From contig MFJN01000034.1 of the NCBI GenBank assembly GCA_001779235.1, positions 11,202 to 55,530 of the forward strand: 44,329 bases of DNA. Reading direction: 5' to 3'. This stretch comes from Candidatus Gottesmanbacteria bacterium RIFCSPHIGHO2_02_FULL_40_13 (GTDB lineage Bacteria; Patescibacteriota; Microgenomatia; 2-02-FULL-39-11). A model generated the notes under the pieces. It did not search any database. It was not told where the DNA came from and saw only the letters and a list, made by a program, of their open reading frames with translations. Below are positions 28,443-36,205 of the stretch, one piece after another; position 1 is the stretch's first letter; every line of letters starts with the position of its first letter. The translations under genes and the position numbers were made by a program.

Positions 28443-29273
28443 TTAAGGAATTGATTCATTAATGTTTTTTAAAGCTTGTTCCATTATTCTAACCGGAGGG
28501 TCGATTCCGGTGAACATTTTAAATTTTAACACAGCCTGCCAAAAAAGCATTCTTTCTCCATATACTAATTTACTTTGCATTTCTTTAGCGTTTACTAATA
28601 ATTTAGTTTCTTTAGGATTAGTAACAAGATCCATGACAGTTAAGTCTGAGCGCAATAAACCTTTTGGAACAAGTGATTGATTTTCATTCGGCTTCATTCC
28701 GACTGATGTAGCATTGATTAAAATTTCTGCTTGTTCAATTTCTTGAGCAAGAGATTGTATAGAATTACTTCTGGCATTTATTTTTCTGGTAATTTGTTTG
28801 GCGAGGTCTGCATTTCTATTTAGAATAATTAAATTTCCGCCTTCATCCGTCACCGCAATGGCGATTGCCCGGGCTGCCCCGCCGGCACCCAGTAATAATA
28901 CATTTTTATTTTTTATAACGGTTACTTCGTTTAACGCTTTGACACAACCTAATCCGTCGGTATTGCCACCGCTTAATTTACCGTTGTCATTAACTATGAC
29001 GTTTACCGCACCAATTATTTGAGCATTTTCGTCAAGTTCATCAAGATATTTTATTGCCTCGATTTTATACGGAATAGTGACACCCACCCCTTTTATTCCC
29101 AGTTGGCGAATTCCCTCAATTGCCTTTTTCAGATCTTTTACCGCAAAAGGAACATAGACATAATTGAGTTGTAAAGCTTTAAAAGCAGCATTGTATAAAG
29201 TAAACATTTTGCTTGTTTTGTATGTTGAACCGAAAAACCCGATTATTTTTGTTTCTCCGTTTATTTTCATCAT
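28443..29273 (-). CDS. aroE: Shikimate dehydrogenase family (divergent substrate site)
   Basis: VTIPYK, GAVN, NTD, GAGGAARA, NATSVGM, MLFWQA. Confidence 0.88.
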   Translation of the reverse strand: MMKINGETKIIGFFGSTYKTSKMFTLYNAAFKALQLNYVYVPFAVKDLKKAIEGIRQLGIKGVGVTIPYKIEAIKYLDELDENAQIIGAVNVIVNDNGKLSGGNTDGLGCVKALNEVTVIKNKNVLLLGAGGAARAIAIAVTDEGGNLIILNRNADLAKQITRKINARSNSIQSLAQEIEQAEILINATSVGMKPNENQSLVPKGLLRSDLTVMDLVTNPKETKLLVNAKEMQSKLVYGERMLFWQAVLKFKMFTGIDPPVRIMEQALKNINESIP

Positions 29274-29311
29274 TATAATTTTACTTCATTACTATATATT
29301 AATGTAGTAAA

Positions 29312-29848
29312 TTAAATCTGTAATTGAATCATTTTAACTATTTGTTCAGGATCCATGGTTTTACATTTCAGAGTAATGTCAGCCAGTTTTTCATAGACAG
29401 GATTTCGGTATTTTAATACTGCATTAAATGAAGATATTGGATTATTCGGATTAGCAAAAAAAGCAGGAATTCCGCCGGAAATTATTCTTTTGTATAATGC
29501 GTCACGATCAGGTTTAAGATAAATAACTTTACCTAATTGCTTAAGTATTTTCTGATTTATCAAATTTAACGGTGTACCCCCGCCGCAGGCTAAGATATAA
29601 TTATTATTATCAGCACGTTTTACTAATCCTTTTAACACTGAAGACTCTAATTTTCGAAAATACTCCTGCCCGTATTTCCGGTAAATTTCACGGAAATTTA
29701 ATTTCTTTTTTTTTGCCTGAAAATGTTCTTTTTCCAGTTCATCGTCAAGTTCAATAAATTGAATATTGAGCTTTTCAGCCAAAAGTTTTCCCACAGTTGA
29801 TTTGCCGCAACCTTTCATTCCGATAAGAATTATTTTTAAATAAGTCAT
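29312..29848 (-). CDS. aroK: Shikimate kinase
   Basis: GMKGCGKST, G.EYFR..E, CGGG, R.PVY..AD. Confidence 0.9.
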   Translation of the reverse strand: MTYLKIILIGMKGCGKSTVGKLLAEKLNIQFIELDDELEKEHFQAKKKKLNFREIYRKYGQEYFRKLESSVLKGLVKRADNNNYILACGGGTPLNLINQKILKQLGKVIYLKPDRDALYKRIISGGIPAFFANPNNPISSFNAVLKYRNPVYEKLADITLKCKTMDPEQIVKMIQLQI

Positions 29849-29856
29849 ATTTCTAA

Positions 29857-31152
29857 TCAACTTTGGATAACCATATCAGCCCCTGCTTTTATCATTTCAG
29901 GAATAAATGTCTCAAATGATTTTTCAAGCATTTCTGCATCGGAAATAATAGTCTCTCTTTCACTATTCAATCCGGCAACAGCCAGAGATAACACCATCCG
30001 GTGATCTTTATATCCATTCAGTTTTGCGCCCTTCATTTTCCAACTGCCGTCCTGATCAATAATTATACCGTCTTTTCTTTCTATCACCTTTGCACCCATC
30101 TTATGAAGTTCTTTACATATTGCCGAAATTCTGTCACATTCCTTCCAGCGGGCAGTCAAGGCATTTTTTATGATCGTCTTACCGCTGGCAAAACAGGCAG
30201 CGACAGCAATGGTTGGAACCTGATCAGGCATTAAGTTCATGTCGATTTCGATACCGTTTAATTTGCTTGTTCTGGCGGTTAAAGTACTATCATTATTTGT
30301 AATATCGGCCCCCATTTTATGCAGGGTGTCGATAACAAATTTGTCTCCATAAGGATCACTGTGATCCATTCCTTTAACAGTCACTTTTGAGTTCTGCGTA
30401 ATTACGGCAGCCAAAAGAGGATACGGCGGAGCCGACCATTCCAAGGGAATGGTTGCGTCAAATTTCTCGGGAGGATTATTGCCGGGAAAATGATAATGAA
30501 GATATTTATCATTAGTAAATTGTAATCCTGTTTTTTTAAACCAGCGAAGGAGTAAATCGATGTAGGCTGTTTCTCCTGAATTTTTTACGTAAATATCTAC
30601 AGGTTTTTTTGATAATACAGAGGCAATCAGAACACTGAATACCGGCTGACAGCCTGTTCCGTCCATATGAGCCGTTCCTCCGTTAACTTTCCCTTTTATA
30701 AGAAGAGGAGCCATTCCGTCATTTTTACTGGATATAATTTCGACACCCAGTTCTTTAAAAGGTTGAAATAAATTTTTGGAAACGGTTCTTAATTTTCTGA
30801 TCGATTCATCTCCGGTAATGACAGTCCATCCGCGGCCTGCCGCAGCAACTCCGGCAATGAAAAAAAGCATGGTACCGGAATTACCAACGTTAATTATGTC
30901 ACCGGGAGTTTGTAATTTTCCGGCTACACCCTTCACCTGAAATACATTATAAGGTTTTTCTTCAATCTCTGCTCCATACATTTTCATCGCTTTGACAGCC
31001 TCATCCCAATCATTGCTTCGCTTTGGACTGCGGATTACAGATATCCCACCCGCAAGCGACGCCATAATTAAAGCACGATATGAATGGGTCTTACTTTTCG
31101 GTATGGTAATTTCCCCCTGTAAATTTTTGCTTTTTGTGACTTTTAAAAACAT
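29857..31152 (-). CDS. aroA: EPSP synthase family (divergent)
   Basis: P.SKTHSYRAL, GNSGT, MPD, R.KECDR, DHRM, KSF. Confidence 0.9.
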   Translation of the reverse strand: MFLKVTKSKNLQGEITIPKSKTHSYRALIMASLAGGISVIRSPKRSNDWDEAVKAMKMYGAEIEEKPYNVFQVKGVAGKLQTPGDIINVGNSGTMLFFIAGVAAAGRGWTVITGDESIRKLRTVSKNLFQPFKELGVEIISSKNDGMAPLLIKGKVNGGTAHMDGTGCQPVFSVLIASVLSKKPVDIYVKNSGETAYIDLLLRWFKKTGLQFTNDKYLHYHFPGNNPPEKFDATIPLEWSAPPYPLLAAVITQNSKVTVKGMDHSDPYGDKFVIDTLHKMGADITNNDSTLTARTSKLNGIEIDMNLMPDQVPTIAVAACFASGKTIIKNALTARWKECDRISAICKELHKMGAKVIERKDGIIIDQDGSWKMKGAKLNGYKDHRMVLSLAVAGLNSERETIISDAEMLEKSFETFIPEMIKAGADMVIQS

Positions 31153-31153
31153 A

Positions 31154-31609
31154 TTACTTTTTTAAGTTACCAATTTTATTTAGGTGGCTTACCAGCTTTT
31201 CTAAAGCATTATAATAGCTTTTTTCTCTTAACCCGGACGTTTGACCGGTGCGAATATCCTCCAGAACATTAACAGATATATTGACACCGGTTTTATTGAT
31301 ATCAGTCATATGAACTTCTATAAATGGTTTATCAAAATCAATTAAAGCCTGCCTGAGAGAATATCCGTATCTCACTAAGGCCCCGGGATTAATCAGAACC
31401 CCGTTCGCCTTCCGCGATGATTCTTTCTGCAGAAAATCAATAATAGCACCTTCATGATTGGATTGAAAAAAATCCAGTTCGCAGAAAGATTTTTTGGCAA
31501 TCTTCATCAATTGTAAATTAATTTCCTGCATGGTGATATTCCCGTATTTTACAGGGTCCCTTTTTCCCAGCATACTTAAGTTCGGGCCGTGAATTATTAA
31601 TATTTTCAT
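31154..31609 (-). CDS. aroQ: Type II 3-dehydroquinate dehydratase family (divergent)
   Basis: HGPNL.MLG.RDP..YG, QSNHEG.IID, INPGA, EVH. Confidence 0.88.
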   Translation of the reverse strand: MKILIIHGPNLSMLGKRDPVKYGNITMQEINLQLMKIAKKSFCELDFFQSNHEGAIIDFLQKESSRKANGVLINPGALVRYGYSLRQALIDFDKPFIEVHMTDINKTGVNISVNVLEDIRTGQTSGLREKSYYNALEKLVSHLNKIGNLKK

Positions 31610-32682
31610 ATAATTATTTCGTCTAATGCCTGTTTTATAATATGTTGTTCGACATCAATTTGGGCAATTATTTTACCGATATCTTTGATCAGAATAAATG
31701 TACCGTCTTTTTTGTCAAATTTTAATGCATTTAAAACTGCATTTTTATTAATATTAGATACAGATACGGGCAATCCCAGCTGTAGAATCGTATTTCTGAT
31801 CTCCGCAAATTTATTCTCAGGCAATAGTCCTTTTAAAAGGCTAATTTTGGCCGCGGCAATCAAACCGATGCCCACGGCCTGACCGTGTGATAATTCGCCG
31901 TTTGCTACAGCTTCTACAGCATGTCCGATTGTGTGGCCCAGATTTAATTTTTGACGAATACCCGACTGTTCAAATGGGTCACTTAATGTTATAGCCGTTT
32001 TAATTTTTTGACAATGATGTATAATATTGCCGGCTCCTTTCCAATTATTACTTTTTATTAAATCCCTAAATCCCATTAATTCTTCTTTTGATGGCGTTCC
32101 CCATCCGAGATAATATTTCGCCATTTCTCCTAATCCGCTGATAATCTCGTGTTCAGGAAGCGTTTTCAGAAATTTAACATCGCATATTACCAGATCCGGT
32201 TGTTTGAATGTTCCCAGCATGTTTTTCAGCATATTTCCATTTTCAATAAATAAATCAACTCCGTTTTTTCCTCCGATGGCCGCATCGATTTGAGCAAGAA
32301 GAGTAGTCGGCATAAAAATACTGCTGATTCCGCGAAGCATGATGCTGGATAAGAACCCGCCGATGTCACTGACGACTCCTCCTCCGATTGAGACGAGGCA
32401 GGATTTTCTATCAAAAGCTTGAGCAAAAAATGGCTTAATGATATTTGGAATTTTCAGTATATCTTTTTGCCTTTCGCCAGCTTCTATAATTGATAACGTT
32501 AAGGGTTTGTCCAATCGGGAGAGAGATTTTAATATTTTATCTTTATATAAATCACTGATTGTTTTATCTATTAAAATTAAAAAACTGCCCGGATTTATAT
32601 CAGCGTTTGCTATTATTTTATCAAGGGATGTCAGAAGGTCATATCCGGTCACAGTAATATTTGTTTTTACTAATATGCTCAT
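31606..32682 (-). CDS. aroB: 3-dehydroquinate synthase
   Basis: GGGVVSD, PTTLLAQIDAAIGGKNG, KNMLGTF.QP, LNLGHTIGHA.E. Confidence 0.95.
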   Translation of the reverse strand: MSILVKTNITVTGYDLLTSLDKIIANADINPGSFLILIDKTISDLYKDKILKSLSRLDKPLTLSIIEAGERQKDILKIPNIIKPFFAQAFDRKSCLVSIGGGVVSDIGGFLSSIMLRGISSIFMPTTLLAQIDAAIGGKNGVDLFIENGNMLKNMLGTFKQPDLVICDVKFLKTLPEHEIISGLGEMAKYYLGWGTPSKEELMGFRDLIKSNNWKGAGNIIHHCQKIKTAITLSDPFEQSGIRQKLNLGHTIGHAVEAVANGELSHGQAVGIGLIAAAKISLLKGLLPENKFAEIRNTILQLGLPVSVSNINKNAVLNALKFDKKDGTFILIKDIGKIIAQIDVEQHIIKQALDEIII

Positions 32683-32942
32683 ATCAACTCCTGCTTATCT
32701 CTGGATATCAGAATAATTAATTTAAAGATTTTCAAAATTATTCCATTATTTAAATTCAATAATTTGCATCTATCTTTAACTTTTATTAAAATTTCTTTTT
32801 CTCTTTTTAAGTCGATCAGTCTCAGGTTGTTATTTATTTTATTATTTCCTGCCAGTACTGCCAGATCCAGCCTTTTTTTAATAAGCTGAATAATATCTTT
32901 ATCGATCTTGTCTATTTCTCTTCTAATTTCTTCAAGATTCAT
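32679..32942 (-). CDS. Chorismate mutase type II (stand-alone)
   Basis: LEEIRREID.ID..I..L...R, D..RE, IF..II..SR..Q. Confidence 0.9.
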   Translation of the reverse strand: MNLEEIRREIDKIDKDIIQLIKKRLDLAVLAGNNKINNNLRLIDLKREKEILIKVKDRCKLLNLNNGIILKIFKLIILISRDKQELI

Positions 32943-33756
32943 ATATCTTTCCAGGATCATAAAGTCCCAGTAATTTTAAATAATTAGTGCTTTTTTTCAT
33001 TTTTTTTAAGACATTATTTATTTGAGCATTATCTTTTTGCAAAATAAAATCAACTATAAATATATATTCCCACGGTTTACCGATGATCGGCCGCGACTCA
33101 ATTTTTGTCAGATTTAATCCGGCTTCAGCATATGGTTTTAACGCCTTTAACAGGCTCCCCGGTTCATGTACCACTGAAAATATGATTGACGCTTTATTTC
33201 CGTTTTTATTAGGACGGCGTGAAATAACGGCGAACCGTGTATAATTATTATCATCATTTTGTACTTTTATATCCAGCATCTTTAATTTATTTATTTCAGC
33301 AGCCTGACGGCTGGCTATAGCACAATATATATTTGATCTATTTTTACGCAGTAATATAGCAGCCGAAGCCGAATCTTCTGCAAAAACAGGCTTAATATTT
33401 TTATTTAGCAAAAAAAAGTCATGACACTGTTTTAGTGATTCAGAATGAGTATAACAATATAGTAAATTATTTAGGTTACTTATTGTATCTCTATTAACCA
33501 GTAAATGATGTTTAATCTTTAATAAAATTTCTCCGACTATAAAAATGTCTTCTTTCATCAATAAATCATAGTTTTGCGTAATACTGCCGGTTAAGGAATT
33601 TTCTACCGGAATAATTCCATAATCACTCTTTTGTTTCTTTAATTTGCTGAATATCTTATAAAATGAATCGCTGCCGGCCAGATTATTACCATTTTTAAAA
33701 TATTTCAAAGCGGCCAGAAAACTGTACGAACCGGGCTGGCCAAGGTAATGAATCAT
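32932..33756 (-). CDS. pheA: Prephenate dehydratase with ACT domain
   Basis: YLG..GSYS, PVENS..G, NYTRF, PGSL, NLTKIESRP. Confidence 0.93.
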   Translation of the reverse strand: MIHYLGQPGSYSFLAALKYFKNGNNLAGSDSFYKIFSKLKKQKSDYGIIPVENSLTGSITQNYDLLMKEDIFIVGEILLKIKHHLLVNRDTISNLNNLLYCYTHSESLKQCHDFFLLNKNIKPVFAEDSASAAILLRKNRSNIYCAIASRQAAEINKLKMLDIKVQNDDNNYTRFAVISRRPNKNGNKASIIFSVVHEPGSLLKALKPYAEAGLNLTKIESRPIIGKPWEYIFIVDFILQKDNAQINNVLKKMKKSTNYLKLLGLYDPGKIYES

Positions 33757-34763
33757 GACCTGCCAACCGCTCTGGCAACTTTTTTAACCTCTAAAACAAG
33801 TTTGGCCAATTCAATCGTGGAAATTGCCTGATCGGCATCAGAGACAGAACGTCTTGGATCATGATGGGCTTCGATAAGGAGTCCATCAGCTCCTGCTGCA
33901 ATTGCCGCTTTACTCATCGACCGGACAAGGGACGCCCGTCCCACACCATGACTGGGGTCCACCACGATCGGCAGGTGCGTTTCCTGCTTTAAATAAGCAA
34001 CCGCATTCAGATCCAGAGTAAATCTGGTTTCCGGAACGTGGGTGCGGATTCCTCTTTCACAAAGTATGACTTTATCATTTCCGCCCACCAGAATATATTC
34101 CGCTGCCAGTAAAAATTCTTTATAGGTAGCCCACATGCCTCTTTTTAAAAGAACCGGTTTACGGCAATGGCCCAATTCTTTGAGAAGCGGATAATTTTGC
34201 ATATTGCGTGATCCTACCTGAAATATATCCGTATATTTTTCAATAAGTTCGATGGCCCGTACATCAAGAACTTCGGTAATCACACCCAGATGGTGCATCT
34301 TAGCGGCATTTTTTAGAAAATGCAGCCCGATTTTACCCAGGCCCTGAAAATCGTATGGGCCGGTACGCGGTTTGAATGCTCCACCGCGGAGAATATGACA
34401 GCCGGATGATTTTACCTCTTGTGCAATCGTTTCCATCTGAAATTTGCTTTCGACAGAACACGGCCCTGCCATAATGACGATTTCTTTATCCCCGATATTA
34501 CAGCCGTTAACCCTAATTTTTGAAGATTCGAGTTTATAATTTTTACTGGCAAGTTTATAAGGCTTGGTAATATCCAAAATGGTTTCAACCTGGACATGTT
34601 TTTGTACTTCTTTTTTTGCTGAATCACCGAATTTACCGACAACTACCAAAAGGCTTTGGTTATTTCGCACGAGAGATACAACTTCGATATGTTTTTCCAG
34701 CAGAAGTTTTCTGAATTCTTTTTCCTCTGCTAAAGTCGTCTCTTTTTTTAGAAAAATTATCAT
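33753..34763 (-). CDS. aroF: DAHP synthase type I-beta with N-terminal regulatory domain
   Basis: AGPCSVES, RGGAFKPRT, GSRNMQN, LKRG, CERGIRT, DPSH. Confidence 0.95.
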   Translation of the reverse strand: MIIFLKKETTLAEEKEFRKLLLEKHIEVVSLVRNNQSLLVVVGKFGDSAKKEVQKHVQVETILDITKPYKLASKNYKLESSKIRVNGCNIGDKEIVIMAGPCSVESKFQMETIAQEVKSSGCHILRGGAFKPRTGPYDFQGLGKIGLHFLKNAAKMHHLGVITEVLDVRAIELIEKYTDIFQVGSRNMQNYPLLKELGHCRKPVLLKRGMWATYKEFLLAAEYILVGGNDKVILCERGIRTHVPETRFTLDLNAVAYLKQETHLPIVVDPSHGVGRASLVRSMSKAAIAAGADGLLIEAHHDPRRSVSDADQAISTIELAKLVLEVKKVARAVGRS

Positions 34764-34792
34764 AATTAGATTATTACGCGTTTCGTACCTCT

Positions 34793-34974
34793 ATCATTCC
34801 GAGCGACTCCGATGACCATCGGAGGAGCGTGGGAATCTTTCATCAGATTGCCACGTCGCTACGTTCCTCGCAATGACAGCTTTGTAATTCATCATCTCTT
34901 CATATCCGCCTGCGCTAAAGCTTCGGCGGATTATGCAGCTGTAATCCCGATTTAATCGGGAAACAGCTGCATAA
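34793..34974. repeat. Cluster of palindromic elements in the aroF leader, downstream of the attenuator
   Basis: TCATTCCGAGCG...GTGGGAATC and GATTGCCACG...CTCGCAATGAC (34793-34877); ATCCGCC...GGCGGAT (34904-34931); TTATGCAGCTGT...ACAGCTGCATAA (34931-34974). Confidence 0.75.
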
Positions 34975-34997
34975 AAAAACCTCCCTTTCAGGAGGTT
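34973..34997 (-). terminator. Attenuator terminator (3:4 hairpin)
   Basis: Minus strand AACCTCCT-GAAA-GGGAGG followed by T7. Confidence 0.9.
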
Positions 34998-35022
34998 AGT
35001 TTGTGCTCTTTTTATTTAAAAA

Positions 35023-35100
35023 CTATTTACAGCCAGACAAACCCGCCTCCTTTTTGGAAGGAGTAAAGTAAAAATAATACCATTGGGTTTGTATGCTCAT
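35023..35100 (-). CDS. Aromatic-amino-acid leader peptide, 25 aa (not in the ORF track)
   Basis: MSIQTQWYYFYFTPSKKEAGLSGCK*: six consecutive aromatic codons, located between a promoter and a terminator. Confidence 0.88.
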   Translation of the reverse strand: MSIQTQWYYFYFTPSKKEAGLSGCK

Positions 35101-35110
35101 ACTGTAGGAA

Positions 35111-35139
35111 AGTTTATCAGACATTTTTTACCTTGTCAA
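35111..35139 (-). promoter_or_regulatory. sigma70 promoter of the leader/aro/pheST operon, overlapping the rplT 3' end
   Basis: Minus strand TTGACA-N17-TAAACT with TGn extension, 10 nt before the leader ATG. Confidence 0.75.
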
Positions 35140-35464
35140 CTAAAGCCTGAAAAGTATCACTATCCGAAATGATCATATCAGACAGTATTTTACGATTAAT
35201 ATTTATTTTCGCTTTTTTAAGTTTATTGATAAACACACTATATGAAATATTATTCCTGATAACAGCATTGGATATTCTGTGGATCCATAATTTCCTCATA
35301 TCACTTTTTTTCTTTCTCCGCCCTGCATATGCGTATTGTCCGGCGTGGAGATACGCTTCTTTTGCAACTTTGATCAGTCTCCGTTTAGTCATGCGAAAAC
35401 CTTTGACGGCTTTCAGCACTTTTTTATGTTTTCGATGTGATACTACGCCTCTTTTTACTCTCAT
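35117..35464 (-). CDS. rplT: 50S ribosomal protein L20
   Basis: MRVKRG, YAY.GRRKKK..R.LWI.RI, INRKILS. Confidence 0.97.
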   Translation of the reverse strand: MRVKRGVVSHRKHKKVLKAVKGFRMTKRRLIKVAKEAYLHAGQYAYAGRRKKKSDMRKLWIHRISNAVIRNNISYSVFINKLKKAKININRKILSDMIISDSDTFQALVDKVKNV

Positions 35465-35472
35465 ATTTTAAT

Positions 35473-35667
35473 TTATGATGTTATTAATGTCCTGATAATT
35501 TTGGCGTTTTTACCAGTTAATTGCCGCGGTTCCTTGAATCTTCTTCTGCGGCTGCCTGATTTGGTTATTCTTTTATGGCGTGACAGGTGATGACCACGCA
35601 TGATCTTGCCTGTTTTGGTAATTTTAAATCTTTTCATAACCGTTTTTCTGGTTTTTTGTTTATACAT
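35473..35667 (-). CDS. rpmI: 50S ribosomal protein L35
   Basis: M.K.KT.K...KRFKIT.TGK; position between infC and rplT. Confidence 0.95.
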   Translation of the reverse strand: MYKQKTRKTVMKRFKITKTGKIMRGHHLSRHKRITKSGSRRRRFKEPRQLTGKNAKIIRTLITS

Positions 35668-36205
35668 TTTTATCTGCTCCTTTTTTGTACGGCGATAATA
35701 TTGACGCCAATACTTTTCCTTCAAAATACGGGCTTTTAATCACCTTGGACTGCTCCTTTAAAGCCTCAACGACCTTGTTCATGATGTCAAAACCAAAGTT
35801 TTTGTGAATAATCTGTCTTCCTTTAAAGGCCACCATTATTTTCAGTTGATTTCCGTCTTCCAGAAATGATTTACCCTGATTAATTCTAACCTGCAAATCG
35901 TGGGTACCTATAAAAGGAGATAATCTGATTCCCTTTATGCCGACATTTTTTACTGATTTACCCGACTCCCTTTTTTTCTTCTCCTCCAGATATTTAAATT
36001 TCTTATAATCAATAAGCTTTACTACGGGAGGCTTGGCATTTGGTGCAATTTCTACCAGGTCTTTTTCTTCAGTTTTAGCGCGCCTCAATGCTTCATTTTT
36101 ATCAATAATACCAATCTGTTTCCCCTTATCGTCCAAAAGTCTTATCTGCGGAGCGCTGATCTGGTAATTCAAACGGTAATATTTAGTTCTTATTATCGAT
36201 TTCAA
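35660..36205 (-). CDS. infC: Translation initiation factor IF-3
   Basis: N..I....RL.D..G.QIGI, DLVEIAPNAKPPVVKLIDY.KF.Y, HDL, FKGRQ. No ATG start. Confidence 0.96.
   Translation of the reverse strand: MKSIIRTKYYRLNYQISAPQIRLLDDKGKQIGIIDKNEALRRAKTEEKDLVEIAPNAKPPVVKLIDYKKFKYLEEKKKRESGKSVKNVGIKGIRLSPFIGTHDLQVRINQGKSFLEDGNQLKIMVAFKGRQIIHKNFGFDIMNKVVEALKEQSKVIKSPYFEGKVLASILSPYKKGADKNV

Noticed and set aside
26023..35100. Integrase- or transposon-borne island for the aro block
   Set aside because: No integrase, transposase or flanking direct repeats are visible.
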